This document shows positions 12,009 through 24,449 of a DNA stretch of 64,000 bases, in pieces (within the stretch, counting starts at the first letter, position 1; each line of letters opens with the position of its first letter). The notes below the pieces were generated by a model. It did not search any database. It saw only the letters and a list, made by a program, of their open reading frames with translations, and had not been told where the DNA came from. This DNA comes from Oculina patagonica. Its lineage: Eukaryota. A program made the position numbers and the translations under genes. Location: positions 33,046,001-33,110,000 of the forward strand of contig NC_135764.1 of NCBI RefSeq assembly GCF_052425735.1, read 5' to 3'.

Positions 12009-14666
12009 TGTGTATGTTCTGTTTTATAATTCCACTGAGCGTCATAAGCCAGTTGACGCAACAAACAAACTGAAATTTCAGAGTCGATTTCAACAGAATT
12101 TTCTAATACTTTTCATCCTCTAAGATCGAAGAGATCTGAATCGGAACGAGCACAGTTCAAAAGAAAAAAGAAAGTAAATGAGAGAAAACGATACTCGTTC
12201 TTAAAAACATCCCGTGCTGAAGAATAGTCTGCCCTGGTTTGAAAAAAAATCTACAACACGCGATGTTAGCATAGTCACGCCATATCGATTGAGTAGATTT
12301 TCATATTTAGATCTCAGGTCAAAGAAAACCGTATGACACGCAGCAGAAAGTTGAACTATTAGCCTTCAAAAGAGCACTTGGGAATAAAAAAAGCGCTGAT
12401 TTAAACTGGAAATACATTTTGTCTGTAACTAATGAACATTTTGGAACATTCCAGCAGCAGTTACTATGCCACGACTGTGCTCTGTGCAATCTATCTTCAG
12501 TACCGCTCAAGACTAATTTGCTGGTTTTATTCACTGAATATATTCTGAAAACTGTCTGCTGTGAATGTTAATTCAATTTCAAGGCTTTAAAAGATATAGT
12601 GCGTGAAACCGATACAAGGCGTCTTGTAAAAGCTACAATCAAAACAACACTTGATCGGTTTCCGCCCACACGCAGGTAATGGATAATAGAACTCGTTGAT
12701 TTGTCAACTCTCAGGTACAACACACTGAAAATCACCACAGTGTTCAGTATTAGAAAATCCAAGTGTTTCTTATTGGACTCTCATCCGTACCAAAAGCAGT
12801 GTGTAGCCGGTAAAACACATGCACAACAAGGTTTTTAAAGATAAAAAACACGATCGAGAAATAAATTTGAAGACTGGCTTTTCGGGGACGTTATCTAGTA
12901 GTCTTTTGACTGACCCTAGAGTCTTACCTTGTGCAAATAAACCCTGTAAAAGCTGTTATTGACCAAGTTTCCCATCAATTGATTTCATTTCGTAAATCGA
13001 TTCTAGAACCTTGTGCAAATCCCCGGAACGTCAAGGCCACACAGTTCATAGACTAAGAGCCTGTAAGACGTTTGTTTGCGGTGGCCTCGACCCTTTTATC
13101 CGATAGGGCGTCTTATACGTCACGCTCGCAGTATATTTATAAGTAATGCTTAGTAGTATTCTGTGTACCAGACTTCTTTTTGCGTCTTATATATAGCATT
13201 TTACTTCGCTAAACAAAGTAGATTTTTTCATGCATCTTTCTTTCGATAAGAACCCTTCCACTGCCCAGCCCCCTTCAAAACAAATGGGACTGAAAGGGTT
13301 TGGTGTCAATTGGGAGGGGGTGACGGGGAAATCCATTGCAGGTTACCCCTAACCTGCGATCAGGCGTTTTTTCCCTTGCAAAGATGAGTGGTAAGTAGGG
13401 AGGGAGGGCATGATCTCAGGTTAGGTTACCCCCTGCTCATCGCATCATTTCGGTAACAAGGGGCCCATTTCGTGATTTTCAGTCGAAATAAATGTTTTCT
13501 GATACTAACTTAGAATGTCAGTATTCGGTTGGTGCAGGAGTGCATTACTCCTGGTTGGTGTCAGTAGGCAAGAGAGCATGAACGAAACCGGGGTAACTTT
13601 GGCCGAGCTGAAGAATATCCTTTGTTATACAGTAACAGGGGCTGTTTATGACAAGTTTTCACTGTACACAAATCAGGTGAAAAATAAATAATATATTCCT
13701 ATTAGCAGAAGGACAGCTCTTACCAGAAGTCTACATTTTCTTCGACTTTAACTTATTACTAAAAAAGAACAAAATTGACTCTTACTTCCGTTCACAATTT
13801 ATTATATTGTATCAGGCAGGACACTTCGCCTTTAACGTATGCAGTCATGATCACATAATAATACATCTTTAGACGAGTTACATCGCTTTCATATATTAAA
13901 ATATCTTTTTTGTTCTGTGTAGCCAAATTAAGATTTCGATGTAAAAATACTGATATTTTCGCAATCCTCTTCAAAAAAAACTCACACGAGTCCGACACCC
14001 ACTACATATTAGCTTAGTGTTTCTTTCAAATGTAAAGAGAGCAGTGACCAATAAACGCTCTTTTCTCTGAACTTACAAACCAGTCAACAATATATATCCT
14101 GACCTGTTTATCTAGACACTCACGTAAAATTACCTTTAACATCTTCAGCGGCAATCAATGTTTGTGGTTTGCAGTGTTTCTGTGGCTGTTCTAGTTCCTT
14201 TCCACATTTTACTTCAAATTACTGAAATGCAAATATTACATTTTCTGAGGCTGTGCAATGGAAATTGCATCACACAATATCATTTAATTTTATGCGCATT
14301 TTATCTGATCTTTTTCAGTAACAAAACATTTTAGCCTTACACGAGAAGGTCTTTCAATTCTTTAAATTTGACCGAAAACGATTGTAGTTTTATTTGTTGT
14401 TCAATGGCCTAAAGAATTACTTTAGATGTTATTTATGAAATGTTTTAACATAAAATTGTCTTATGTGGCTCAACCTCATTCTGCCGAAATAAGGGCCACA
14501 CAAGTGCTGCACTCAACGGTTTTCTTCAACCTTTTTCGTCTGATGGTATGGTGTTGTTCCTCATTCTCGCACGTTTGGATCTTTTTAAACAGCGTTACCG
14601 ACTCCTTACGATGACATCAAGCCGTTTTGATCACTATGTCACGCGACACTTCATCAGGCTAGCTGG

Positions 14667-17600
14667 TCACACAACATTATTGTAACGCAGCTCTATCATC
14701 TCGACGACATCATAAGTCAGGAACAAAGCCGCTGAATGTAAGCTGTCACACGACGATGACAATTCATCACGGTCTTTCCAATCAAGTCCGCCAATCGAAG
14801 AATGAAGAACAGTAAATTCCGAATCATTGTCTCCTTCATCTTCGTTGGCAACCTCACTTCCCGCTTCTTCGTTGCTATGGTAACCCATACTTGCAGTTGA
14901 TAGACAATTGCTAGGTTGACCAGAGCAAGGAACGCTAATAATGTCATATTCTTTTGTTCGAACGTCTTTTGGACAAGCTCCCACAGTTTCTTCCTCGTCG
15001 TCGCTACTGTCGAGTCTGGAGCCTGTGCGAGATTTTTCATTTTGAGAGTTTAGCCAGTCCCGTACGCGGATAAAAGGTTCTTTTTTAACAATATCATAGT
15101 CTGACAAATCCAATTCTGTTTCGTCGTCACCTTCGTAAGGTCTGGAATCTCCCGATACACCATCGCTATTCTCCCCATTTGTTTCACTATCCCTAGGGTT
15201 ATTCACCCCCGTGGGAGCAATCATAAGCTGCCCACCCGGTAGCACTGATGCCACATTGTGAGAAAGACTCAATCTTCGGTTTGACTGTTTGTCCGAGCAT
15301 CCGGGACAGAAAGCACGAAGCTGTGAGCTCGATCGTGATTTTCGTAATGATTGATAAGTGTATCCCGAGCTCCAGCCATTTCCCATCAGGGCACTCGAGG
15401 CGTAGTTCTGTTGCGAGGCTACCCAGTTTGAAACATCTGAAAGAGAAACAAGAGCTACTTGTGACCAGGGCATTACATAGTGTGTGACCATAGTGTTACG
15501 GTACATTATGTGATGATAATCTTACATGGTACGATCAAGGTAACGACTGAGCACGTACTGTGCGTTAATATACCGTTATCTACTGAGCTCTCCGTAAGTG
15601 TCTTGCCTGCAGACCTTGACAGATCTTTTAACAACTTAAAAATCCAGTTGTTCTCGCTGAAAATCTACTGTACTTTTACGGGGCCCACCACGATAATACA
15701 ACAAGACTGTGAACAAATTAATGCTGATCATTTGCTCAGTTCTCATCACCTTTCTGTTTGATCACGTATTGATGTTATAAAGAGAAAATACATGCAGGGT
15801 TCATGTCAAGAAGAACGTTGAAAAGAACCACTGAAACTGGGTAGAGCAAAGCAACCTTCTCGTGTGTGCATCAATTACGTTTTCATTCTCATGATAAATT
15901 TTCCAACGATAACGAAAACCCTGTCACGTCCAGTGCGTGCGCGTAGCGCGCATGAATGGACGTGCCAGGTACGCGGTTCAATTGCTGCGTGCGTAATGGG
16001 AAATGCTTTGTGCGGATTATATTTTTTCATCAAATTAATATGGAGATAAACAGAGCTAAGATCAGTTTCCAATCCGATAACAAGAAGTGCAAAATAAGAC
16101 TTACCATCGAATATTCTTCTTGTTTCTTCGACGTCATCAGGCTGTACACTGCCCGAGAAACCGCTGTCCCCTGTGGAATGGCAGGTGCATCTTCTGTCCT
16201 TATTTCCACGATACTCGGCGGCACCTTCAGGATCAATGATCTCGACTAAATCTCTTTTGTCTGTTCCACTAATGAAGTTCTCCATTTCCTTTACAGTGAG
16301 GCTGCTTTGGATGAATAGATGGAACGATGAGTCCGCGAGTACTGGCGTGATTCGTGTTAGACTGAAAAGAAAGCAGCATTGCTCTGTTATTCCGGGGTGT
16401 ATGGAAAACACCGAGACGGAGGGTTGAGGTGTTTAAAGGAACTATGTCACGGATTTTACCAGATTTTTGAACCACCATAATTTATATTTGTGTCGCATGA
16501 AACCTAAAAATAAAAGTCCATTTTTATCAAAAATTGCTATATTAGAGCACTGAATCTGTTAACTAGCATTTTTGGCTGCGGATGCCTCGGATGGAAACGG
16601 ATTGCAATTTGTAAACGTTAGGCAAACGTTTTCAAATTGTTTCCTCGCGTCTTCAAAAAATCGATATTTATTGCTGTAGCTTGATTTCTATCCAACGATA
16701 ATGTTTTTTGTGGGTTAAGTTGCCTACCACTTATTTCAGAACAGTTTTGACCAAAAAAACTTTGAAATCCCCGTGACATAGTCCCTTTACCCTTTAACAC
16801 TCTTTTAATAAATTGACTTTTTTAAAAAAGTAACATTTAATATATTTTCAGGGTCCTATTTGACCATTCAAACTATAACATGATCCTCCTAAGGGATTCC
16901 GCGTTTATTGAAGTTTTTCTTTGAGGTTTATCCGCAATTTTTACAGTGGGAATACGAAAACCGTGAACACTTTTATTATAGTTTGAAAGATAAAGTAGAG
17001 AAAACAGTTGGCAAATTATTCGCATGAAATAACCTATTGGCTCCATTAGTGCGCCCATTTGTTTATATTTCTTGCAGTTTGAGCTGTCATTCGTTTTTTT
17101 TTTTTTCTGTAGAAATTTACATATCCGAGATAGATTGAGGTGTTTACGATTTTCTGATTCACACTGTAAATGGGGGCTATCATGGCCAATCATTACCACT
17201 CAATTCCAAGCACATCAGCCGCCTAAACTACCAAGAAAATACTTCACGTTCTCTTGAAACTACTGTATTGTTTCACCAGTTTCATCAATTGCGTTAATAG
17301 ACTGCGAATGTACAGAAAATCAAATTGCACGGAAATTATTTATTCCCATGTAAACACTGTATGGCGGTAATGGCATGCCACGTTTGCACATTCAATCAAT
17401 ATGGCGGAAAACCAGCGAACTGGTCTGTGATAGTCAAAACGAAGTTGGCGGCAGATACAAACGCAAGAAAGGCCTCGCCTATTTTTCAAAGCCTCTGGGA
17501 CCACGCTAACAATACCAAGTATTAAACAAAAGCAAGAGAGGATAAAGAAAAAGGCGCGCTTTTGTTTTGAGTTGTACTTTAGACTATTTACACACAGCCT

Positions 17601-19694
17601 TATCGTTCGGAAAAAATCACAGAACGTTTTGTTCACGTGCAATCGTAATATAAAGCGCGGGTTAGCGTGACAGGTTGCATCATCCAAAACAGTGTGAAGA
17701 TTTGTCAGTGAAGATTAAAAATTAAAAATCTGAATAAGTACAGTGTCATGTAAGAGCTTTAAACAGTCAGGTCTATCAGCTTCTAACATAAATGCCGGAT
17801 GCTTGCAGATGGAAATTGCGTTAAACTGATCATAACGACGTAAAAGTTATGCAGATCAACACGACAGTTTAGTCACGATGTCAAATCGTCCAAAAAATCC
17901 CGAGAAAGATATGACAATAAACGACACACATGTGATAGTACAATATTATTCTAAACCGTAAATGAAAATGTTTTGAACTTCAAAAGTTATCGATTCACGT
18001 AAAATCCTTTAAAGAACAGCGTGGGCAGACCTCGTTATGAACAATGATACGAACATGGTGTTCGCATTTGTTACATGCATGTTTTGTTTCGGCAAAGTAA
18101 CTTACCTAGCCAAGGCTTCTTGTAGACAGTTGCGGCGTTCTTCTAAAAACTCCTTGCTAAATCGGCCAAAAACTCTTCTCTTCGTTGGCAAAGATGGCAG
18201 CTTTCTGAAAGTGATCAAAGCCGAAAAGCAAACACGAATTAAACATGTATATATATAAAAGCACAGGGGATCGGATTATTGATACAATAACTGATTTTCT
18301 ATTCTCGATTCTATGAATATAGACATTCAATTAAACTTACTAGTCTAGAATTATCCTGTCTCGTACAATTCATAGCTTGTATCCCAAAGTGGCGAGCGAT
18401 ACACGCCACAAAGCTCGTTTTACAAGACTGATGCCAATTTTAGACTGTTTACAGTATGTAAATTTCACCGACCCACTAAACAAAGGAAGGGGAGGTCTCC
18501 AAGCAACCAAAGAAACCGCATCGTCTCAGAGTGTGTGACACACAGAACGTTTTGCACAATATATCTTCCTTATTCCTCAAGTGTTTCAGCGATCATTTAA
18601 CGTTACGGCCACGTACGCGCAATAAGATTTTGCCAGTTGCAATTGTAACTTACTGTCTACGCCAAAATGAACACGATTTTCGTGTACTTACAGTCCGAGT
18701 GAGCTGTGTCTTGATAAATGTTTCCATAACCACGCGAACTCCGAGAAACGTCTTCTGACTTGAGTCTTTTGCTTTGCAAAGATCATGCTGTTTGTCTGTG
18801 AATAAAAAATGAAGTACTTAAGAAACAGAAAAAATTTCTAATGTTTCTACAGACTACACTGGGAACCTTTATTGCTTGAATTGTTGGCGCGAACTTAATA
18901 CAACTTATCGACAAAAGCGCGCGAGAAATGCTGTGCAAACACAGAGCTGTCAGAGCTCTCTGTGTGTGTTTCCACAGCTTGTTCAAGTTTTCCCAAAGTT
19001 TTGCAAATATTTCTATATAACTCCTTTTCCTTTAGATAATATGATAATACCCACAGCATACTGAAGATTTTGTATGATTTTAGAGGCACGGCTTCTAACC
19101 AATCAAATTCCATATATGTAAAACATTTCTGTCAACAACTTAATAAACTTGCGTTCGTCGTAATATTTAGTTAAGTCACGCAAACTTGAAAAGCCCGCTC
19201 TTTGCGCGTCGTAAAAATACAATTAAGACCATTAACTATAAAGTGACTTTACTCACCAGAACTACAATCTCATAGTCTGTATACACTGGCCATCCATGTA
19301 CTAAATGGGTGCGAGGATTTCGAACGTGAATAGAAATAAACTGGAAAAAAGAACACATTGCACTGTTTAGACCTGTTTACATAAAGAGAACTGAAAATAT
19401 TCATTGCTTGCCCTCTCATGTCATAAATGGTTTTCGCGATATTTTATCTTTGGAATACATACACGTGAAGTGCAATTCTCTCTCACGGCCATGCTGTTTA
19501 GTTCTTTTAGGATCGTTCTTTTTGATCCCAGAACCTAACCAAGAAACTGAGACTCTGATAACAACTGAGGCGAGAATGAAGTGTAATATTGCGCATGCTT
19601 TCAAAAATGATGCAATTCACGCGCAGCCCACGCACTGTAACTGAACAGTCTTTCTGTTTGATCTTGTTACTGTCCGCCGTAGACAGACTGACAT
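14667..19694 (-). CDS. Sorting nexin 10/11-like PX-domain protein, paralogue B
   Basis: Exons 19694-19671 (tentative), 19340-19257, 18795-18692, 18204-18106, 16361-16105, 15436-14667 join in phase. They give FISIHVRNPRTH..YTDYEIVVLTNSMIF..VRRRFSEFAWL..LPSLPTKRRVFGRFSKEFLEERRNCLQEAL..FHLFIQS plus a long Ser/acidic tail. Confidence 0.88.
16437..16786. mobile_element. Kolobok-like non-autonomous DNA transposon
   Basis: TTAA|AGGAACTATGTCACGG ... CCGTGACATAGTCCCT|TTAC; TIRs with a (degenerate) TTAA target. Confidence 0.7.
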
Positions 19695-22600
19695 ACGAAC
19701 AGAAAACGCTAAAACTTCCAGAAATATTATTCAGTTTCTTTCAATGACAAATTTAAGCCAGCTGGCAAAACAATTTGAATTGACAGGCATTCAATTCAAG
19801 CATCACATTTTACTTCCGTAATAGAAATTCCTTGTTTGAGCGCCTATCCTCGCGTACAACTTTTGGAAACAATGTTTAGATTGCGGAACTGAAATTATAG
19901 ACGCGAGGGATGATGGGAGCCCTCTCTTTAGATGGGTTAGGGGTTATTGCATCTATAGTGTCGTGGGAATCGACTCAAGTCACACCTTTCATTGCTATTA
20001 ATCAACTGAAGTTTATTACAAGATCAAGAGAGTATATTCACACTACAATACTAGGAATCAGTAATTCTACTTTCGTTATATAGGAAAGTACTTTTACAAT
20101 CATGTACAGGTTGTGTAATAGGAAATAGCGTTACAGTAGTAACACTTAGGTAACGCAATACACTACAGCATCTGTTGGGCTTTTAATAAAATGGCGTTCA
20201 AGTATCACTGCGTTAGGGAATAACTCTCAGAGATTAGGTAGATCTTTCGCTGGCCTGCATTTTTTCCATTTCACGAATTGATGCGTTTTAAGGCCAATTT
20301 CGTTCAAAGATCTTCCAAATTTCATTGTCACGTGGCAGCAAATGAGTCAACGCATTGCACGCTTTGATTACTCCCGGGATGGGGTCTGTATGGGTGACAT
20401 GGGTGATTGCTTTCAGTGCAGCGGTGATCTCAAAACAGTATTTGATCATAATAATTCTGCTCTTTTTACTCCTTTTTTCAGCCATCTTAAATAAAATGAA
20501 GCTGTCTTGAATAAAAAGAATCAGTGTCTACTAGCATTTTGAGTTTGTTTGTGTTGCTCGTGAAGATTGTCACGCGTCAGGAGCCAGTCGTTGGTTCCAA
20601 CACGCGCACTGTCCCAGACAGACGTGACCACTTATGATCAGATGTTGATTTACAAAGGAAACACACAGCTTAAATTGGTCTATATTCAGGCTGTATATGC
20701 TCAAATAAATTTCTATTTTCTGACATTCTGGCGTTGATCTCTCGCACTGCAGCCACAAAGTAACCATTACAAAACACTCTTCTAATTTTGTCATGTTGCA
20801 TAAGTCATATACCCTGCGAGCCGAGCTCCCTCTGCTCCCAGGGTATAGTCGCATGGCTAAAAACACGTTTACTGCTGCAAGCAATTCCCAATTCCCAATA
20901 TCTTAAGATAAAGGACTATGTAGATTGATGTTTTTTGATGAAAAGATTTTATTCTGGCGACAAGGCTTGACCTCTTATCTTTTGGATAATATCGAATTCG
21001 GTTTGTTTTCGTCTTGTCACAGCATACGCACAGTTGTACATCGTATGCACAAATACATGGAAACAAGGGTACGGATGGGCCCAAGAAAAATGTGCGATGA
21101 ATATTATGGGGGTCGTATGTCTAATAATATTCCGAACGCTGGAAAACCGCAGTGTTCTTGTTCTAAGTGAGGGAAAATTCAGCTTACAAACTCAGTATTA
21201 AATTAGTAAAGTGTATTAGCCTTCTTGCATAACAAACAACAAAATCAGTCTCGAAATTCAGTCAGGATGTCGACTGGAATTTTTTGAAAATCCAAATTTA
21301 AAGGGAAACAACTGATTTTGGCTAGTTCCAGTGCTATGGAGTTTTGCGGCTCCCGGCGCAAGGAATGAAAGTCAAAGGATGGGACAGAACGTTGTCTTAC
21401 TATTTCCTTTAGGGTGACATTTTAACTATGAAAATCAATACAATATACCAATAGAAAAATATTAAAATATTATTATATTAAAAAAAAAGCTGAGGATTTT
21501 GGTCGCTATAAGCCGCGTCAACGACTGATGGTTAGAAATACACCGCGTTTAAAGCAACGCTTTGTGGATTTTATAAGGAGAATGGTACTTAAAAGTAACT
21601 GAACTCGTCAGTCACAACAGTAAAGCTTGCCATACTCGATTGACGAGATGCAAGCAGGCTTACGATTTCCATTTCTAACGTGCTTTGGCGTACGGTCGTC
21701 GAGCGTCAGGTTTATTTTCCACAATTAAGGTCACTGATCGAGCCCATTCTAATTCGAGCTGAATTCTATAGTCTGTCCGATTATATCCCTTCCTTGTTTC
21801 CTGCCCAAGACTCGGAGGCAACACAAAGTAACTAATAAATATAACAACAAAGATTTCTCTCACATAGGATAAACTTCCTTGTTTTCTTAGCTATACCCGG
21901 TACAACTACAACAGGTTGGCTATATAACAGTGATCTTAGTATCCGATTTATATTATAGACACCACAGTACTAGCTACGTTACGTACGGAGTAAAAGCTAT
22001 TGTTTACCTCAAAATCCTCTCCATGGTCGGTCGGGTTAGCCATTATTCTCTAGCGGCGGCTCTGTGTACGGAGAGTAACTCAGCACATGGGGTGATGGTG
22101 TAATTGCCTTCCTGTTAGAAGCGCCAGGATTTTTGATCGCTCGAATGAAACCAGTTTTTCCAGTTGACTCTTTATAACTCGCTGCTACTTTTGATGCTGC
22201 GCGTGCCGGGGTCAGATTGAAATGAGATCCCGTAGAGTAGGCGAATGCAATTTACGCACATAAACAAGCGATTATCGATCGCGCGTCACAAAAAGGTCAA
22301 CCACATTTAGGATAAACTACGAACTTCTTGATTCCGATCGATTTGTTTTCTTATTTGTTTTGGCAGATTTTCCGCTATCTCTCTAATGTTGATCTTCTAT
22401 ACACGAGGAACCACTGAGAGATTGCAACACCAGCCTTTCGTAAGTGCTAACCTCATAACATATGCAGAGTGTTTATTGTTCGTGGTGTTACTCGAGTGGA
22501 GCGAGGAACCAGTTAAATTTGAGTTTGCGCAATACTTTGAATAAGTTATTGTAATAAGATAACAATACTTCGCTTGGAGACGGAATTTATTTGATTTCAT

Positions 22601-24449
22601 TATTACGAACAAGGAATTAAAACACTGTAAGTTGGAAATTTTTACTTTCGGAAATGCGAAGTACTTTACCCAGTCTGCAAACTTCATCTATCTCTGGCCC
22701 ATCTTTACACAGTTTAGATGTTAAAAAAATTTATACATAAAAAAAGATATTTACTCAGTTGCACAATAGTAATTTCTTTCATTCTTTTCTTTCAAATGTT
22801 GTCATAAACTATCTCGTGTTTAAATATGTAAACGCTCCCTTTTACTTTACAAGACCATACACCGAGAAAGAATTACGAGATTTTGCTCTAAAAAGGTAGC
22901 TCTTCCTTTTCGCGTCCTCGTGGTCGGCGCATGGGGGTACTCCGGGGGGTACTCCTTGGGCAATCTTTGTCACCTTCTTTGTCTCCTTCGAATTTGCCGT
23001 AAATCATTAAGTATCTTTACTGGAGAATCCCGCAAGCGACCAAGGTACAAATCTTAACCATTCGTTCGCGGTTTTTCCCCCCGCCACTTTGAGAAGGGTG
23101 CAAACTATGATGGCACGAAATACAGTGTTCATTTAAATATCCGGTCCGATGCCAAATAATTTCCGAATAAATTTAATTTGTGAACTAATAAATGGCAAAA
23201 GATTTGTACATGCTGCAGCTTAGGCAGGTCCAAGATGCATGACATGTCGCGTGATTTTCCTGTTGACTTTGACTCGCTCTTGTAACATAAAAATAGGAAA
23301 CAAGAAACCGCAATAAAAAAATATTAAAATTTCTTTCTCCAGATATCTAAAGTTTGACACTTGAATTCACGGATCTTTTTCTTGGACGCTGTATTATTAT
23401 GTACAAGGACTGTCTTTCTCGCCATGTTTGCGTCAAAATGATTAAAAAGTAAACACGGACGTGTCTGTATGTAAGGCCCTTGCAATCTCCTTAACACTGC
23501 ACAGCTCAGCTCATCTAAACGTCGATGCTAGCATGCACTGGCTAGGCCAAGTTTTTAAATATGATTAGTGAGTATGTCAAGAATTTAAGTAATGCATTGA
23601 TTGCACCGTTATAGGTCAAAATATACCTGATGTCACTGATGTACTATTGCACAATTTGCTACTGTTCACGCTAACGTTCGTTCAATTCCTGCTTTGCCAC
23701 GTAAGTGATATAATTATACCAAGACGAAAATTTTAGATCAAGCGTTTGTTAGCTAAGAAAAGGACGAGTATATGAAAACGTGGAAGATACCCCTTCCCAT
23801 CGGCTTATAGATACTAATAGGTTTTTGCTTTTCCAGCTTTTTTTTTATTAATGTACTGTAGTAATGTAAGTAGTTTTATTGTAAATACAGTAGTCGTGCG
23901 TTTTTAACATGAGCCCCTGTCTCGAGAGATTGGGCAACAACTCCCTTTAAATAAAATACCTATATAAAGTTGATTGAGAAAACAAGCACTTGAGAAATGT
24001 TGCTTTTGGAGCCCACACAACCGATACAGATCCGTGCAGGGGGGCAGAAGGATTTTGGAATGAAAAAGGAATTAAGATGAGAGAAAATCACATTTTCTTA
24101 GAGTTTTTAGGAGTTTTCTTACTACTATAAACACCAAGTCGAAAGCTGCGCGACAAGCATATCAACTGTTTGGAAGAGTAAATTTTGTCAAGACTCTTAA
24201 GTGCCACTGGTTTGGTGTTATAATCGGCGGCGTTTCTCTGTGACCGTCAAAACGCTCCTGCTTCATTTCCCTCCCTCCCCAAGACGAAGGGAAACGATGG
24301 GCTCTGGGAACGAGAATGAAGTTTCGCGCGTTGGCGAGGCTACCAAGTATTTAAATGGCGCATTCACTTTTCAAAGTTTGAGAAGGATCGGTTTGAGAAG
24401 CAGTTACTGTATATCCAAGTTTAAAAGGATTACTTCAACTGTTTCCACA

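Noticed and set aside
359-14614. Numerous 60-100-aa ORFs from the six-frame track outside the SNX-A exons
   Set aside because: They lie in repeats or introns, mostly use non-ATG starts, and show no domain signal.
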